Below are positions 9,642 to 18,522 of a DNA stretch of 32,000 nucleotides, piece by piece. The notes beneath the pieces were generated by a model, which had not been told where the DNA came from, searched no databases, and worked only from the letters and a program-made list of their open reading frames with translations. Source of the DNA: Trichodesmium erythraeum IMS101 (GTDB lineage: Bacteria; Cyanobacteriota; Cyanobacteriia; Cyanobacteriales; Microcoleaceae); contig NC_008312.1 in the NCBI RefSeq assembly GCF_000014265.1, positions 660,001 through 692,000 on the forward strand. The letters run 5' to 3'. The first letter of the stretch is position 1. Each line of letters begins with the position of its first letter. The translations under genes and the position numbers were made by a program.

Positions 9642-12600
9642 CTAATGAATTTCGGGTTCTAAACCCTTCAACTCACAAACCATCCCAGAACAAGCAGGAT
9701 CTTGAGGTCCTGTCTCTGGTAACTCACTCGCTAACACATAACCATTCATCAACTCGGAGAAATTATGAGACTTACGTCGTTGTAACACATCCTCTTGCAT
9801 TTTTTCATATTGATCCTTAGAGATATGTTCAAAGGGTAACCGAGGGAACGGTGCATCAAACCGTGCTAACAATGCTGAGGAAATATAACCCTCATCATCG
9901 CGAATTGCTTCATAAATGCGTTTGCCCAAAGGTTCAATTTCTGCTTCAGTTAACAAAATGGTACTACTACTATTATGAGTCGTCCAATTTTTCTGTACTT
10001 CCATGTAAAAATCAAACATAGCAGTAGCACTAAACTTCTCAATAGCAATCTCTTCAACCCCAGGCAAATCTATCCAAGATACCTGTACTGGAATTTCTAC
10101 TAACCATTCTTTAGCCCGTTCGTCAAAAGGATCGTTAAGTAAATTTCCATTTTCATCTTTGCCTGACTGCCCAGGAATTACAGAATAACCATAGTCAAGA
10201 CAAGCTAATGCTACGGGATCATTTTTCGCAAAAGTAATCCGTCGCACCCAGCGTAACCCAAAAGGAGGATGCCAACCAGGGGAAGCATTTGTTAACAGAG
10301 ACTTGGTGTTATGTGATTTCAAAGCACCTTGCCAATACCAAGAGTCATTATCATTTATACCTTCAATGGCAAAATCATAAGAATAATCACACACTGCACC
10401 AATATTAACAGACTCAATTTTGTATGGTGAATAATTCAACACACACTTAGATATAACTACAGGTCCTTCCTGACATTTGATACTGTTATGGTTGAGATAA
10501 TCTAAAGCATCAACATTAGACAACATAGGACTCAAACATAATCCCCATGTATTATTGTGTTGATTTTGTAAGTTCTCCCCTTTAGTATTCTGATATATAC
10601 TAAAACACAGTCCGATAGATTCCCCTATTTGTTGCAGGTTGTGAATAAAATCAGAGCTAGCTGAAGCTATGGATAGTTTTCCATCCTGAGGAACATATCC
10701 ATTAGTATCTATCAGACCACAGAAAAATGATAGCAAAGTAACTCGTGAAGAGCGACGTAAACTCAGAGGTATTCGTTCTAAATCTTCACTTTTCTGTGTT
10801 TTGACAAGCTGGTTTAAGTGCAGCCAGTAGAATAACTGTCGAGAAGCAAAGCATAATTCAAAACGACCGTTAGCAAAGTCATTTAAACTGCCTTTAATAC
10901 CAAATAATTTTTTGCCTTTTTCTTGGAGACCATACAAAACATCAAGTCTGCTATGATAAAAACAAACTTGATATTTGTTTTGAACAATGCAACCATTGCC
11001 GAATAAACAACCTAAAAAGTAAGCTAAGTCTGAAGTCATACTTGCAGGAGTCATGATTTTTTTTGTCAAGACACCACCGTTATGACCTAAAGTTTGAGAG
11101 TTGTTAACCTCTGTATAATCTTCCAACTGTAAAGGTATTAGTAAAGTATCTTCTCGTTTTTGATATTCACCAATACTGTAATCAAGCAACATTCCTGGCT
11201 TAAGATTACAAGCATGTATCCACTTACCCTTGACACTCATCCGATGATTTGGAGTCATGCGTAATTTCCGGCCATTAGCCAGTTTTATTTCTACCAGTTC
11301 CATTGGTTGATTAGCGATCGCTGTCGAAGCTCCAATACCATTACGAACAGTTAATCCTAATCCTACTGTTTCTCCACTGCCAGGTGTGACGACTTCATCT
11401 GCATAGAGCAAACCTTGGTTAAATATTCTCAATGCTGTTTTGTCAAGACAACCGGAAGGTTGAACTGTTGTACAACGGTTGGGACGCTTAAGGTTATGAC
11501 GATCGCAATAATCCCACACCACCCGATGCACTATTTCCCGCCAACGAGTTAAATATTTTGCCTCCTGTTGTTTAAACTCCAGACCTTGAGCTGTTGCCGG
11601 GCGACCTGCTTGCCACCAACGCAACCATTCAATGCCAAAAGCTTTTACAAAAAAGTCAAATAAACCAGTAAAAGATACTCCTACAATAGGGTCTAATTCT
11701 CGACTATAACGATAGCGAGGTTCAAGGAACTCATGCTTAAGTAGAGTTGCCACAGAAAGGGCACCAGCAGTAAAAGCTTCCTCCTGTTCTTTATAGTTAT
11801 TTGGTTCAATTTGATTGAGATGAATTTCCGATAAATTACAATTTCCTGTCAAGGCATTGCCAAAAACACCTTTATGAAATTCCGGCTCTTCAAAACAATA
11901 AGTGTCATGTAATCCTGGTAATTCTTCAACATTTTGAATTGTTTGATATTTACCTTGAAATTTAGCTTCACACACCTTAGTTGTATCTAGTCTTTGACAA
12001 GGAATTTCTCTACAATCAGTAATTTGTAAATAGTAAAGGTCTTGATTTCTTTCTCCTAAATTTGTAGTACAACCGCGACTTGCCATTAAATTGACTGATG
12101 CACGAATACCACATTTTGTCAACAATAATTGCAGTCTTTTTGCTCGTTCATAATCAGATACAGAAATTTTAATTCCATTACCTTTAGTCTCAGAACCATC
12201 TGTATCTGCTAATCCTGCGATAAAAGCAAGAATAGCGGATTTATTCCAACTAGCAATAGTATTTAAAGCATCAGGTTCAGTTTGTAGACGACGCAGTAGT
12301 TCTCCAGAAAACCCTAAATCTATAACATCCACAAAAGAAGGTAGATAATTATATTGTCGTTCCAGTGATTTATTACCAGCAAAAATTAATTCAGCTTTGT
12401 GAGAATAAACCCGAATTTTACCATTACTATTTTGGTCTATGGTTCCATTACCTAGAGCCGCACCCAATGTATAAGCATAAGATAAATTGATAGAATCTCC
12501 ATCATGATAATCTATGATAAAAGGTTCCACATCTAAAGCATATTTGCTATGAGTTAGCAAATCCTTTGTTTGTACTTCTTCATACTTTTTACCAAACCGA

Positions 12601-15600
12601 TCTTTCACAAAAAATCTGTGATATTCTGTCACATCAAGATAGGAACCATCCCCAAATCTGACCCGGTATAATTTTCTGTCTTTTCCTGTTTTCAAAGGAA
12701 TTACTTGACTCCAATTTTTGCCGTTCCAAATTTCAATTTTTTGACCAACAACATCTTTTATTTTGTGAATACTATCGCGAGTAATTAATAGAGTATCTCC
12801 GCTCACACAGTGAAAATTTGAACCAATAATTTCTCCGCAATTGTGAGTTAAACAACCATTAGCGATAAAAGAATTAGTTAAAGGAACATGTAAATCATAA
12901 ACAACTTCCTCTCCAAATTCTTCAACTTTTTTCACCTTTGATATGAACTTAGAATTAATAGTTGACTCAGAATAATTAGCTAACGTTTGTACTAGCAATT
13001 TTTCAGCCTTAACATTTTTACTTGGCGATAGCGGAAAGCCAATTAATTGTTGAAATAAACTGAAGCTAAAACTAGAAATCAATAGTTCATAACTACCCCG
13101 GCATAAACTAACTTCATGAGTTACATTAACAGTCCTATAAGGTACACCTATGTAATCTTTTTCCCTAACTAATCCAACTGTACTAATAATTCCTAAATTA
13201 GAGAGAATTAATTGAATTTGTTGGAGAAGTTTTTCCGAAACCATAGTTAGTTTGATTCTTCTTGAATCTTCATATACTATGCCATCTGCACTAAAAATTC
13301 CTTGTAAAAAACCAATTAAAACTTCCTGAGATTGACTAAGAAAATTATTAGGAAGTTCTTCTTTTCCAACTATACCTAAATCAGCAAAAAACTTTTCTAA
13401 TTTAGGATATTGGGTTGGGAATTCATAGACTCCTTTATGTAGTTTAGTTACATATTCTCTTTCTGTAATTGATGCAACTGCTTTTTCAACAACATTGTAG
13501 GCAGTTTCATAGTCATCCTGGTCAAAAACAAACCCTGTAGCAAAATAATCTTGCTTCCCGCCATGACTATGACTACGAGCTTTTATCTTAACATTATATC
13601 CATCCCTGTACCACCAACCAAGCATTTGAGCTTGAGCAACAGAAATAGTACCTTTGCCAAATTGACCCGCTCCTCCTTGAATATAAATATTGTCATCATC
13701 AGTTAAATCTCTAGTACTAACCCAACCTCGACTAGTAAAATGTTGATGGTCTCCAGTACATCGCATTTGCATTCCATTATTCAGAATAACTTGGTAGGTA
13801 GTTTTAACTCCCGTAGCAAAAGCGATCGCATCTGTTAACCTGACACCAGATAAACCTATAGAACGCAAATCTACCAATGCTTGAAATTGTTTACCTACTA
13901 AATCCTGAATTGCAATTAAACCTTGGTCTGTAGATACTAAAGTATCCCCTGAATGACAAGGGTTAAGTCCTAATCTCGCTAACCGATGTTCCAGTTCATC
14001 ATTAGTAATATTTGGATAGTGTTCTTGAAACCACTTTTTAGCATTATTTTTTTCATACGCTTTCAAGAAATCACTCTTTATTTCTGGAGTAAAAAGTAGA
14101 TCACGATTAGCACGAGCAACCGCTTCACCTGCCCACTGAATGGCGCCTTCACCAGAATAAAACTGTTTTCTCACTGCCTCTACACATTCTTCTAATGTTG
14201 GTTTGTAGTGGAAAACATGAGTATGATTTGCCATTCGCAGAGCATCTCTTTTAGGATCGATACCCCAGTTACCATTTTCATCTTGTCGCCAGAGATTATC
14301 CTTCGCTACAGTAAAGATATGATCGCTATTACTCCCCTGCCTGATACCTGCTGAATTTGAAACTAAAATTCCCTGGCAAACAAACTCATGAATACTGGCA
14401 ACTTCAATATCATAAGTTGATGCTTCCCTCACATCCATCTCAACCTTTTTCACCTTCACCGGAATTAAATCTGTCGCATCAACCACAAACTTTTTCACAG
14501 AAGGAAAAATCATCTGCTTGTGAACTTTGCCCAAATGATCTTGAGAAGTCTTTACTAAAGGTCTAACCATTTCCTTTGGAAACCCCTGGTCTGGGAAAAA
14601 CTTAAGGTGGTTCGGTTTTTGCACTGGGAACTGAGTCGAGTAATTCATCATCAGTTTTTCTACTGCTTCATAACCACCCTCACTTACAGTTACCAACTCA
14701 CCTTCCCATGTTCCAGTTGGCTTTTGCACCGAACCACACAATCTTGTAGTGATTCCTAAAGATGCATATAATGCTTGCACCTGTCGCAGAAAGCCTTGGT
14801 CAACTGAAGTTAAAAGTATACCCTGAGAATGACAACCATCTGCGTCTACTAAACCTGCCAAATAAGCTTGACGAATTTCTGTTGTTCCCATCAGAATACA
14901 CTCAGGAATACAAACAGAGTTAGATGGCTGTTTAAACTGTGACAGATATTTGTTAAGAGTGCTGCTATTTAACTCAAGTTCATAAGCTTGAGTTTGAAAT
15001 TGTTCCAGCGTTCTCAGTCTATGTGTTTCCAAACCAAACTCTTGAGCAACATTAATCAGTCGCTCCAGAATTTCCGGACTATCTTGGGAAACTCGAAACC
15101 TAACTTGCCCTCCATCAGAACCAACCGATCCATTTCCAGACAAGTATCCTAGAAAATAAGCAACTTCGCTCTGTAGAGCGGGTATCGTTATGAGTTTGGC
15201 CTCAGATGATGGAACAGCTTTTAACTCAGGTAGTTCAGTGGGAGTACCCGGTATTGCTTGAGGGACAAAAATTAGGCGATCGCCTTCTTGTAAGTCTTTA
15301 GCCTTAATCATTTTATAGTTACCATACAAATCTTGTAGCACAGCAACTTTATGATCAGGAGTACATTCAAAATATCCATCTTCTGTTTGAATACGACATA
15401 AAGACTGAATACCCTGGTCAAAGAAGTTGGTCACAGGATAAAATCCTTGGCTCGTTAATACGCGATCGCCAATCCGAATTTTTTCAATAGCTACCAACCC
15501 TGAAGCTGTATGTACTAAAGCACCTTCAGGTAAACATCTTCGAATATTCCCGGCAACTATTGTGACTGCTGCTTCGTCAATAAGCAAACAACACTCCACA

Positions 15601-15662
15601 GAATTTAATTGTCGCCCAACTGCTTGATTTAAAATGTTCCCACAACGTTCATATAATTCTGG
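9642..15662 (-). CDS. nrdJ: nrdJ exon 4 (extein segments plus four in-frame inteins)
   Basis: Track ORF 9642..15599, extended 21 codons upstream (PELYERCGNILNQAVGRQLNS) to the 3' splice site of intron 3. The track start 'M' is an internal GTG. Confidence 0.9.
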   Translation of the reverse strand, partial: PELYERCGNILNQAVGRQLNSVECCLLIDEAAVTIVAGNIRRCLPEGALVHTASGLVAIEKIRIGDRVLTSQGFYPVTNFFDQGIQSLCRIQTEDGYFECTPDHKVAVLQDLYGNYKMIKAKDLQEGDRLIFVPQAIPGTPTELPELKAVPSSEAKLITIPALQSEVAYFLGYLSGNGSVGSDGGQVRFRVSQDSPEILERLINVAQEFGLETHRLRTLEQFQTQAYELELNSSTLNKYLSQFKQPSNSVCIPECILMGTTEIRQAYLAGLVDADGCHSQGILLTSVDQGFLRQVQALYASLGITTRLCGSVQKPTGTWEGELVTVSEGGYEAVEKLMMNYSTQFPVQKPNHLKFFPDQGFPKEMVRPLVKTSQDHLGKVHKQMIFPSVKKFVVDATDLIPVKVKKVEMDVREASTYDIEVASIHEFVCQGILVSNSAGIRQGSNSDHIFTVAKDNLWRQDENGNWGIDPKRDALRMANHTHVFHYKPTLEECVEAVRKQFYSGEGAIQWAGEAVARANRDLLFTPEIKSDFLKAYEKNNAKKWFQEHYPNITNDELEHRLARLGLNPCHSGDTLVSTDQGLIAIQDLVGKQFQALVDLRSIGLSGVRLTDAIAFATGVKTTYQVILNNGMQMRCTGDHQHFTSRGWVSTRDLTDDDNIYIQGGAGQFGKGTISVAQAQMLGWWYRDGYNVKIKARSHSHGGKQDYFATGFVFDQDDYETAYNVVEKAVASITEREYVTKLHKGVYEFPTQYPKLEKFFADLGIVGKEELPNNFLSQSQEVLIGFLQGIFSADGIVYEDSRRIKLTMVSEKLLQQIQLILSNLGIISTVGLVREKDYIGVPYRTVNVTHEVSLCRGSYELLISSFSFSLFQQLIGFPLSPSKNVKAEKLLVQTLANYSESTINSKFISKVKKVEEFGEEVVYDLHVPLTNSFIANGCLTHNCGEIIGSNFHCVSGDTLLITRDSIHKIKDVVGQKIEIWNGKNWSQVIPLKTGKDRKLYRVRFGDGSYLDVTEYHRFFVKDRFGKKYEEVQTKDLLTHSKYALDVEPFIIDYHDGDSINLSYAYTLGAALGNGTIDQNSNGKIRVYSHKAELIFAGNKSLERQYNYLPSFVDVIDLGFSGELLRRLQTEPDALNTIASWNKSAILAFIAGLADTDGSETKGNGIKISVSDYERAKRLQLLLTKCGIRASVNLMASRGCTTNLGERNQDLYYLQITDCREIPCQRLDTTKVCEAKFQGKYQTIQNVEELPGLHDTYCFEEPEFHKGVFGNALTGNCNLSEIHLNQIEPNNYKEQEEAFTAGALSVATLLKHEFLEPRYRYSRELDPIVGVSFTGLFDFFVKAFGIEWLRWWQAGRPATAQGLEFKQQEAKYLTRWREIVHRVVWDYCDRHNLKRPNRCTTVQPSGCLDKTALRIFNQGLLYADEVVTPGSGETVGLGLTVRNGIGASTAIANQPMELVEIKLANGRKLRMTPNHRMSVKGKWIHACNLKPGMLLDYSIGEYQKREDTLLIPLQLEDYTEVNNSQTLGHNGGVLTKKIMTPASMTSDLAYFLGCLFGNGCIVQNKYQVCFYHSRLDVLYGLQEKGKKLFGIKGSLNDFANGRFELCFASRQLFYWLHLNQLVKTQKSEDLERIPLSLRRSSRVTLLSFFCGLIDTNGYVPQDGKLSIASASSDFIHNLQQIGESIGLCFSIYQNTKGENLQNQHNNTWGLCLSPMLSNVDALDYLNHNSIKCQEGPVVISKCVLNYSPYKIESVNIGAVCDYSYDFAIEGINDNDSWYWQGALKSHNTKSLLTNASPGWHPPFGLRWVRRITFAKNDPVALACLDYGYSVIPGQSGKDENGNLLNDPFDERAKEWLVEIPVQVSWIDLPGVEEIAIEKFSATAMFDFYMEVQKNWTTHNSSSTILLTEAEIEPLGKRIYEAIRDDEGYISSALLARFDAPFPRLPFEHISKDQYEKMQEDVLQRRKSHNFSELMNGYVLASELPETGPQDPACSGMVCELKGLEPEIH
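10308..11450 (-). mobile_element. Intein 4 (381 aa) with LAGLIDADG homing-endonuclease domain
   Basis: Junctions are TVQPSG|CLDKTALRIF ... GALKSHN|TKSLL. Block B is MTPNHRM. Dodecapeptide motifs are AYFLGCLFGNGCI and LLSFFCGLIDTNGYV. Confidence 0.88.
11841..12809 (-). mobile_element. Intein 3 (323 aa) with LAGLIDADG homing-endonuclease domain
   Basis: Junctions are GSNFH|CVSGDTLLIT ... GNALTGN|CNLSEI. Block B is VTEYHRF. Dodecapeptide motifs are YTLGAALGNGTI and ILAFIAGLADTDGS. The penultimate residue is Gly rather than His. Confidence 0.88.
12840..13958 (-). mobile_element. Intein 2 (373 aa) with LAGLIDADG homing-endonuclease domain
   Basis: Junctions are LGLNP|CHSGDTLVST ... NGCLTHN|CGEII. 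Block B is CTGDHQHF. Dodecapeptide motifs are MLGWWYRDGYN and LIGFLQGIFSADGIV. Confidence 0.88.
14355..15536 (-). mobile_element. Intein 1 (394 aa) with LAGLIDADG homing-endonuclease domain
   Basis: Junctions are AGNIRR|CLPEGALVHT ... QGILVSN|SAGIRQ. Block B is CTPDHKV. Dodecapeptide motifs are AYFLGYLSGNGSV and AYLAGLVDADGC. The penultimate residue is Ser rather than His. Confidence 0.88.
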
Positions 15663-18216
15663 GTTAAACTAAGCAAGTTCATTTCCGGTTACCCTTTATT
15701 GAACCTGCTCGTCTTCAAAACCGTACATGAGACTTTCACCTCATACGGCTTCTCTCTTAGACGCCCCAATTCAAAGGTACATCCCTGCTTTATAGAGTTA
15801 CCATATTGTCTACCCATTGGTATCCTTCTGGTATTTCAGGAGCTTTATTCAATCTTCCGACTGGGATGTCTCCCTCTCTAGTGCAGTTTTAGTATCGTGG
15901 CAGTGTCGATGTAATAACTCTTTGTTCTTGCTTGTGCTATTACCCTTTTCAGACCTCGGAATGACATGGTAAACCTCCATAGTATCCGTTGGTCTGAAAC
16001 TTAGCCCACAAAATGCGCATTTACCTTTCTGCTTTTTCAACAGAGTCGAAACTTCTTTCCTTATGCCTGGACTGTTAACCATTCTACTACTCCAATAAAT
16101 CCAGTCACCATCGTAGGGCGATTTATTATCCTTAACTTTAACGTGTCTTATAATAGACACATCAGAGTGTAGATTTAGTATATATTCCTCATCCTTAAGT
16201 ACCCAACTTTTGGTTCCTTCTCTGTGAGGAAAGTACTTCTCTTTCACCCAGGCTGCTGACTTATTAGAATGTCTCCGGCTTGCCCATCGCCATATTCTCC
16301 TCAATAAGAGATGGTCTAGCTTTTGAAATATGTCATTACTGACTACCGCTGAAAAGTAGTTAGCCCATTCTCTTATTATCGGGTTTAACTTAGTTATCAA
16401 TACCTTGACAGTAGCACTTTTATGAGTATCACATACCTCTGCCATTTTCCGATAATGAGTATTAATACTCTGTTTGGATGGTTTGATCAGCGTTTTGAAC
16501 CCTTGCTTGCTTGTTTTTACCTTCCACTGCCTAACTGTGAATCCTAGAAAGTCAAATCCGGGCTGGTTCCCTTCATATTCTTCTAGTGTGTGAGCAATTC
16601 TGGTTTTTTCCGGTTTCAGTTCCAATCCTATGTTATTTAACCATTCCTGTACCACAGCTTTTGCCTGCATTACTACCTCAATATCTTTGTGTAATATTAC
16701 AAAGTTACCGGCATATCTTACTAAAGATAATGCTTGTATATTATCCCTTTTATTTCCTGGTAGTGTTTCAGCAAAGTCTTGTAGGCATTTTTCCATACCG
16801 TGTAGAGCGATATTTGCTAGCAGGGGACTAATTACCTCTCCTTGTGGTGTACCTAACTCCAAGAGAGGTGGATCGAATTGACTCTTGTCAAATACTCCAG
16901 ACTTTAGCCACTGTTTGACTAATTGTCTATAGGGAGATTTATCTATTTTTCCTAGCAGTGCATGATGGTTAACTTCGCTCATACATTTGGATATGTCAGC
17001 ATTCAGTACATATTTTGGTTCGTCGTTGATACTGAGGTAAATCGCCTGAATAGCGTCATCTGTTGACCGACCCGGCCTAAAACCATAGGTATTAGTTTCA
17101 AAGTGAGCCTCCCATTCTGGTTCCATGCCCAACTTAACTAAAGTTTGCAGTCCCAAGTCGTACAGCGAGTGAATGCCTAACCGGCGCTTCTGGTTTCTAC
17201 CAGTTTTTGGTATTGAGACCTTCTGAGTTGGGCTAGCTTTAAGGTCACGTGATTTTAACAAATCCACCAAGTGGAGTCGCTGCATTGGAGGTAGATTTTT
17301 GATCCCATCTATCCCAGCAGTTTTCTTGCCCTGGTTGTCCTGGGTCACATTTCTAACAGCTAGCAACAAGGCGTCATGACTTTTGATCAGAAGTTTTTGA
17401 TATTTGCGCATCTTGCGGATCTCACCACGGCTGGATGCTCTGTAAATTAACTTTTGCAACTTAAATACATTCTTCTCAACCTTTTTCCAATCTATGTCTC
17501 TCCATTTCAGATTAGGATTAACACAAATTTTATCCGGTATATCGTCTGTATCCCATGCCACGCTTAAAAAGGATTCTGGCTTGTCCATTCTTCTTTTTAG
17601 TGTTTTAGCCTTTTCCATTACTAATTATTACCTTACATTACGTCTAACAGTGGGTACGTCTGCATGATTATGCTTCTTACCCAATCCTACTCTCCTTAAG
17701 ACCTGCAACCTTTGTGCAGACTAACCTTGAATGGCTTCCTAAATTTATCGACCTATTTTATCAGGTGTCTTAAAGAGGTTTCCTCGTTCCCTTATGCCTT
17801 TATTGCGACTGATTTAGCGGGGTAAACTCTCCCGGAGGGTTCTGTCTGATTGTTGATAATATCAAATTAATAATATTACCCATTGACCCCCTGGCTTATT
17901 GCCCTACATCCCACAGCTACCTTTGGGATGGTTCCCGGTTACGGGAGTTTTCTTACCTTCCTGTTCGTCCACTTGTCAATCTCTGCTAGAAGTCTCACTC
18001 TTTTGGTAGTTAAAGCTTTGACCCCATTTAGGCCAGCTTCAGGGATTGATGTTCAGTCTCTACCCTGTGGCCTACGCTGTCAACCTAACAACAAGGCGGA
18101 TGGAATTTCACCATCAAGATCATAAGAGTTATCCATTAGTCGAGGTTTCCCTCACTTGTTGACTAAGGACGGCCATTTATATCTAGTTTCCTAGCTTAGT
18201 GGCCAACGAGTCGCAC
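15663..18216 (-). mobile_element. Group II intron 3 of nrdJ (2554 nt, ORF-containing)
   Basis: The 5' end is GTGCGACTCGTTGGCC (GUGYG consensus). Domain V is AAGCCGTATGAGGTGAAAGTCTCATGTACGGTTT (about 15718-15751). Domain VI has a bulged A 7 nt from the 3' end (..GCTTAGTTTAAC|). Removing the intron joins ..GVANPVKL to PELYERCG.. in frame. Confidence 0.85.
15849..17618 (-). CDS. Intron 3-encoded protein: RT-like / maturase (X) / DNA-binding / HNH endonuclease, 589 aa
   Basis: RT blocks: TAGIDG, RRLGIHSLYDLGLQ, YGFRPGRSTDDA, LNADISKC, GTPQGEVISPLLANIALHG. The RT-5 box reads YAGN instead of YADD. The X domain contains LNPIIREWANYF. C-terminal HNH: CAFCGLSF..VYHVIPRSEKG..LLHRHCHDTKT. Confidence 0.9.
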   Translation of the reverse strand: MEKAKTLKRRMDKPESFLSVAWDTDDIPDKICVNPNLKWRDIDWKKVEKNVFKLQKLIYRASSRGEIRKMRKYQKLLIKSHDALLLAVRNVTQDNQGKKTAGIDGIKNLPPMQRLHLVDLLKSRDLKASPTQKVSIPKTGRNQKRRLGIHSLYDLGLQTLVKLGMEPEWEAHFETNTYGFRPGRSTDDAIQAIYLSINDEPKYVLNADISKCMSEVNHHALLGKIDKSPYRQLVKQWLKSGVFDKSQFDPPLLELGTPQGEVISPLLANIALHGMEKCLQDFAETLPGNKRDNIQALSLVRYAGNFVILHKDIEVVMQAKAVVQEWLNNIGLELKPEKTRIAHTLEEYEGNQPGFDFLGFTVRQWKVKTSKQGFKTLIKPSKQSINTHYRKMAEVCDTHKSATVKVLITKLNPIIREWANYFSAVVSNDIFQKLDHLLLRRIWRWASRRHSNKSAAWVKEKYFPHREGTKSWVLKDEEYILNLHSDVSIIRHVKVKDNKSPYDGDWIYWSSRMVNSPGIRKEVSTLLKKQKGKCAFCGLSFRPTDTMEVYHVIPRSEKGNSTSKNKELLHRHCHDTKTALERETSQSED

Positions 18217-18522
18217 TAATTTTACCGGGTTCGCAACACCTCCAAATCCCTTTAAAGGCTCTCCCGCAGGTCTAACATGACTCAAGTCAATGATCACATT
18301 AACTTTTCCTGAAAACTGCTTATCTGTTGACAACTCCAACAAAGCTCGATAAGACTCTACCCAACCTTGACGACTATCACCAACAAAAATTTCTGCTTTT
18401 GCTTTGTCTTGATGACATTTTACTTCTGTCAGCTCACGACGTAACTCAGCAGGAGTAGTACCAATGTCACCTCGCAATACAATATTTAGATAATTGTGAA
18501 TCGGTGGTAGTTGATTTATATA
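18217..18522 (-). CDS. nrdJ: nrdJ exon 3 (102 codons)
   Basis: YINQLPPIHNYLNIVLRGDIGTTPAELRR...DLSHVRPAGEPLKGFGGVANPVKL. It is bounded by the 3' end of intron 2 (..TTAGTTTAAC|TAT) and the 5' end of intron 3 (TTA|GTGCG). The length is a multiple of 3. Confidence 0.85.

Noticed and set aside
14357-14566. 69-aa plus-strand ORF within nrdJ
   Set aside because: Antisense to the intein 1 / extein junction region of a strongly supported CDS.
17883-18125. ORFs of 80-92 aa on the plus strand inside the introns (17883..18125, 19909..20187, 20108..20320, 22572..22847) that resemble each other
   Set aside because: They are antisense to intron domain I. The resemblance between 17883..18125 and 19909..20187 comes from RNA-level paralogy of introns 3 and 2, not from protein conservation.
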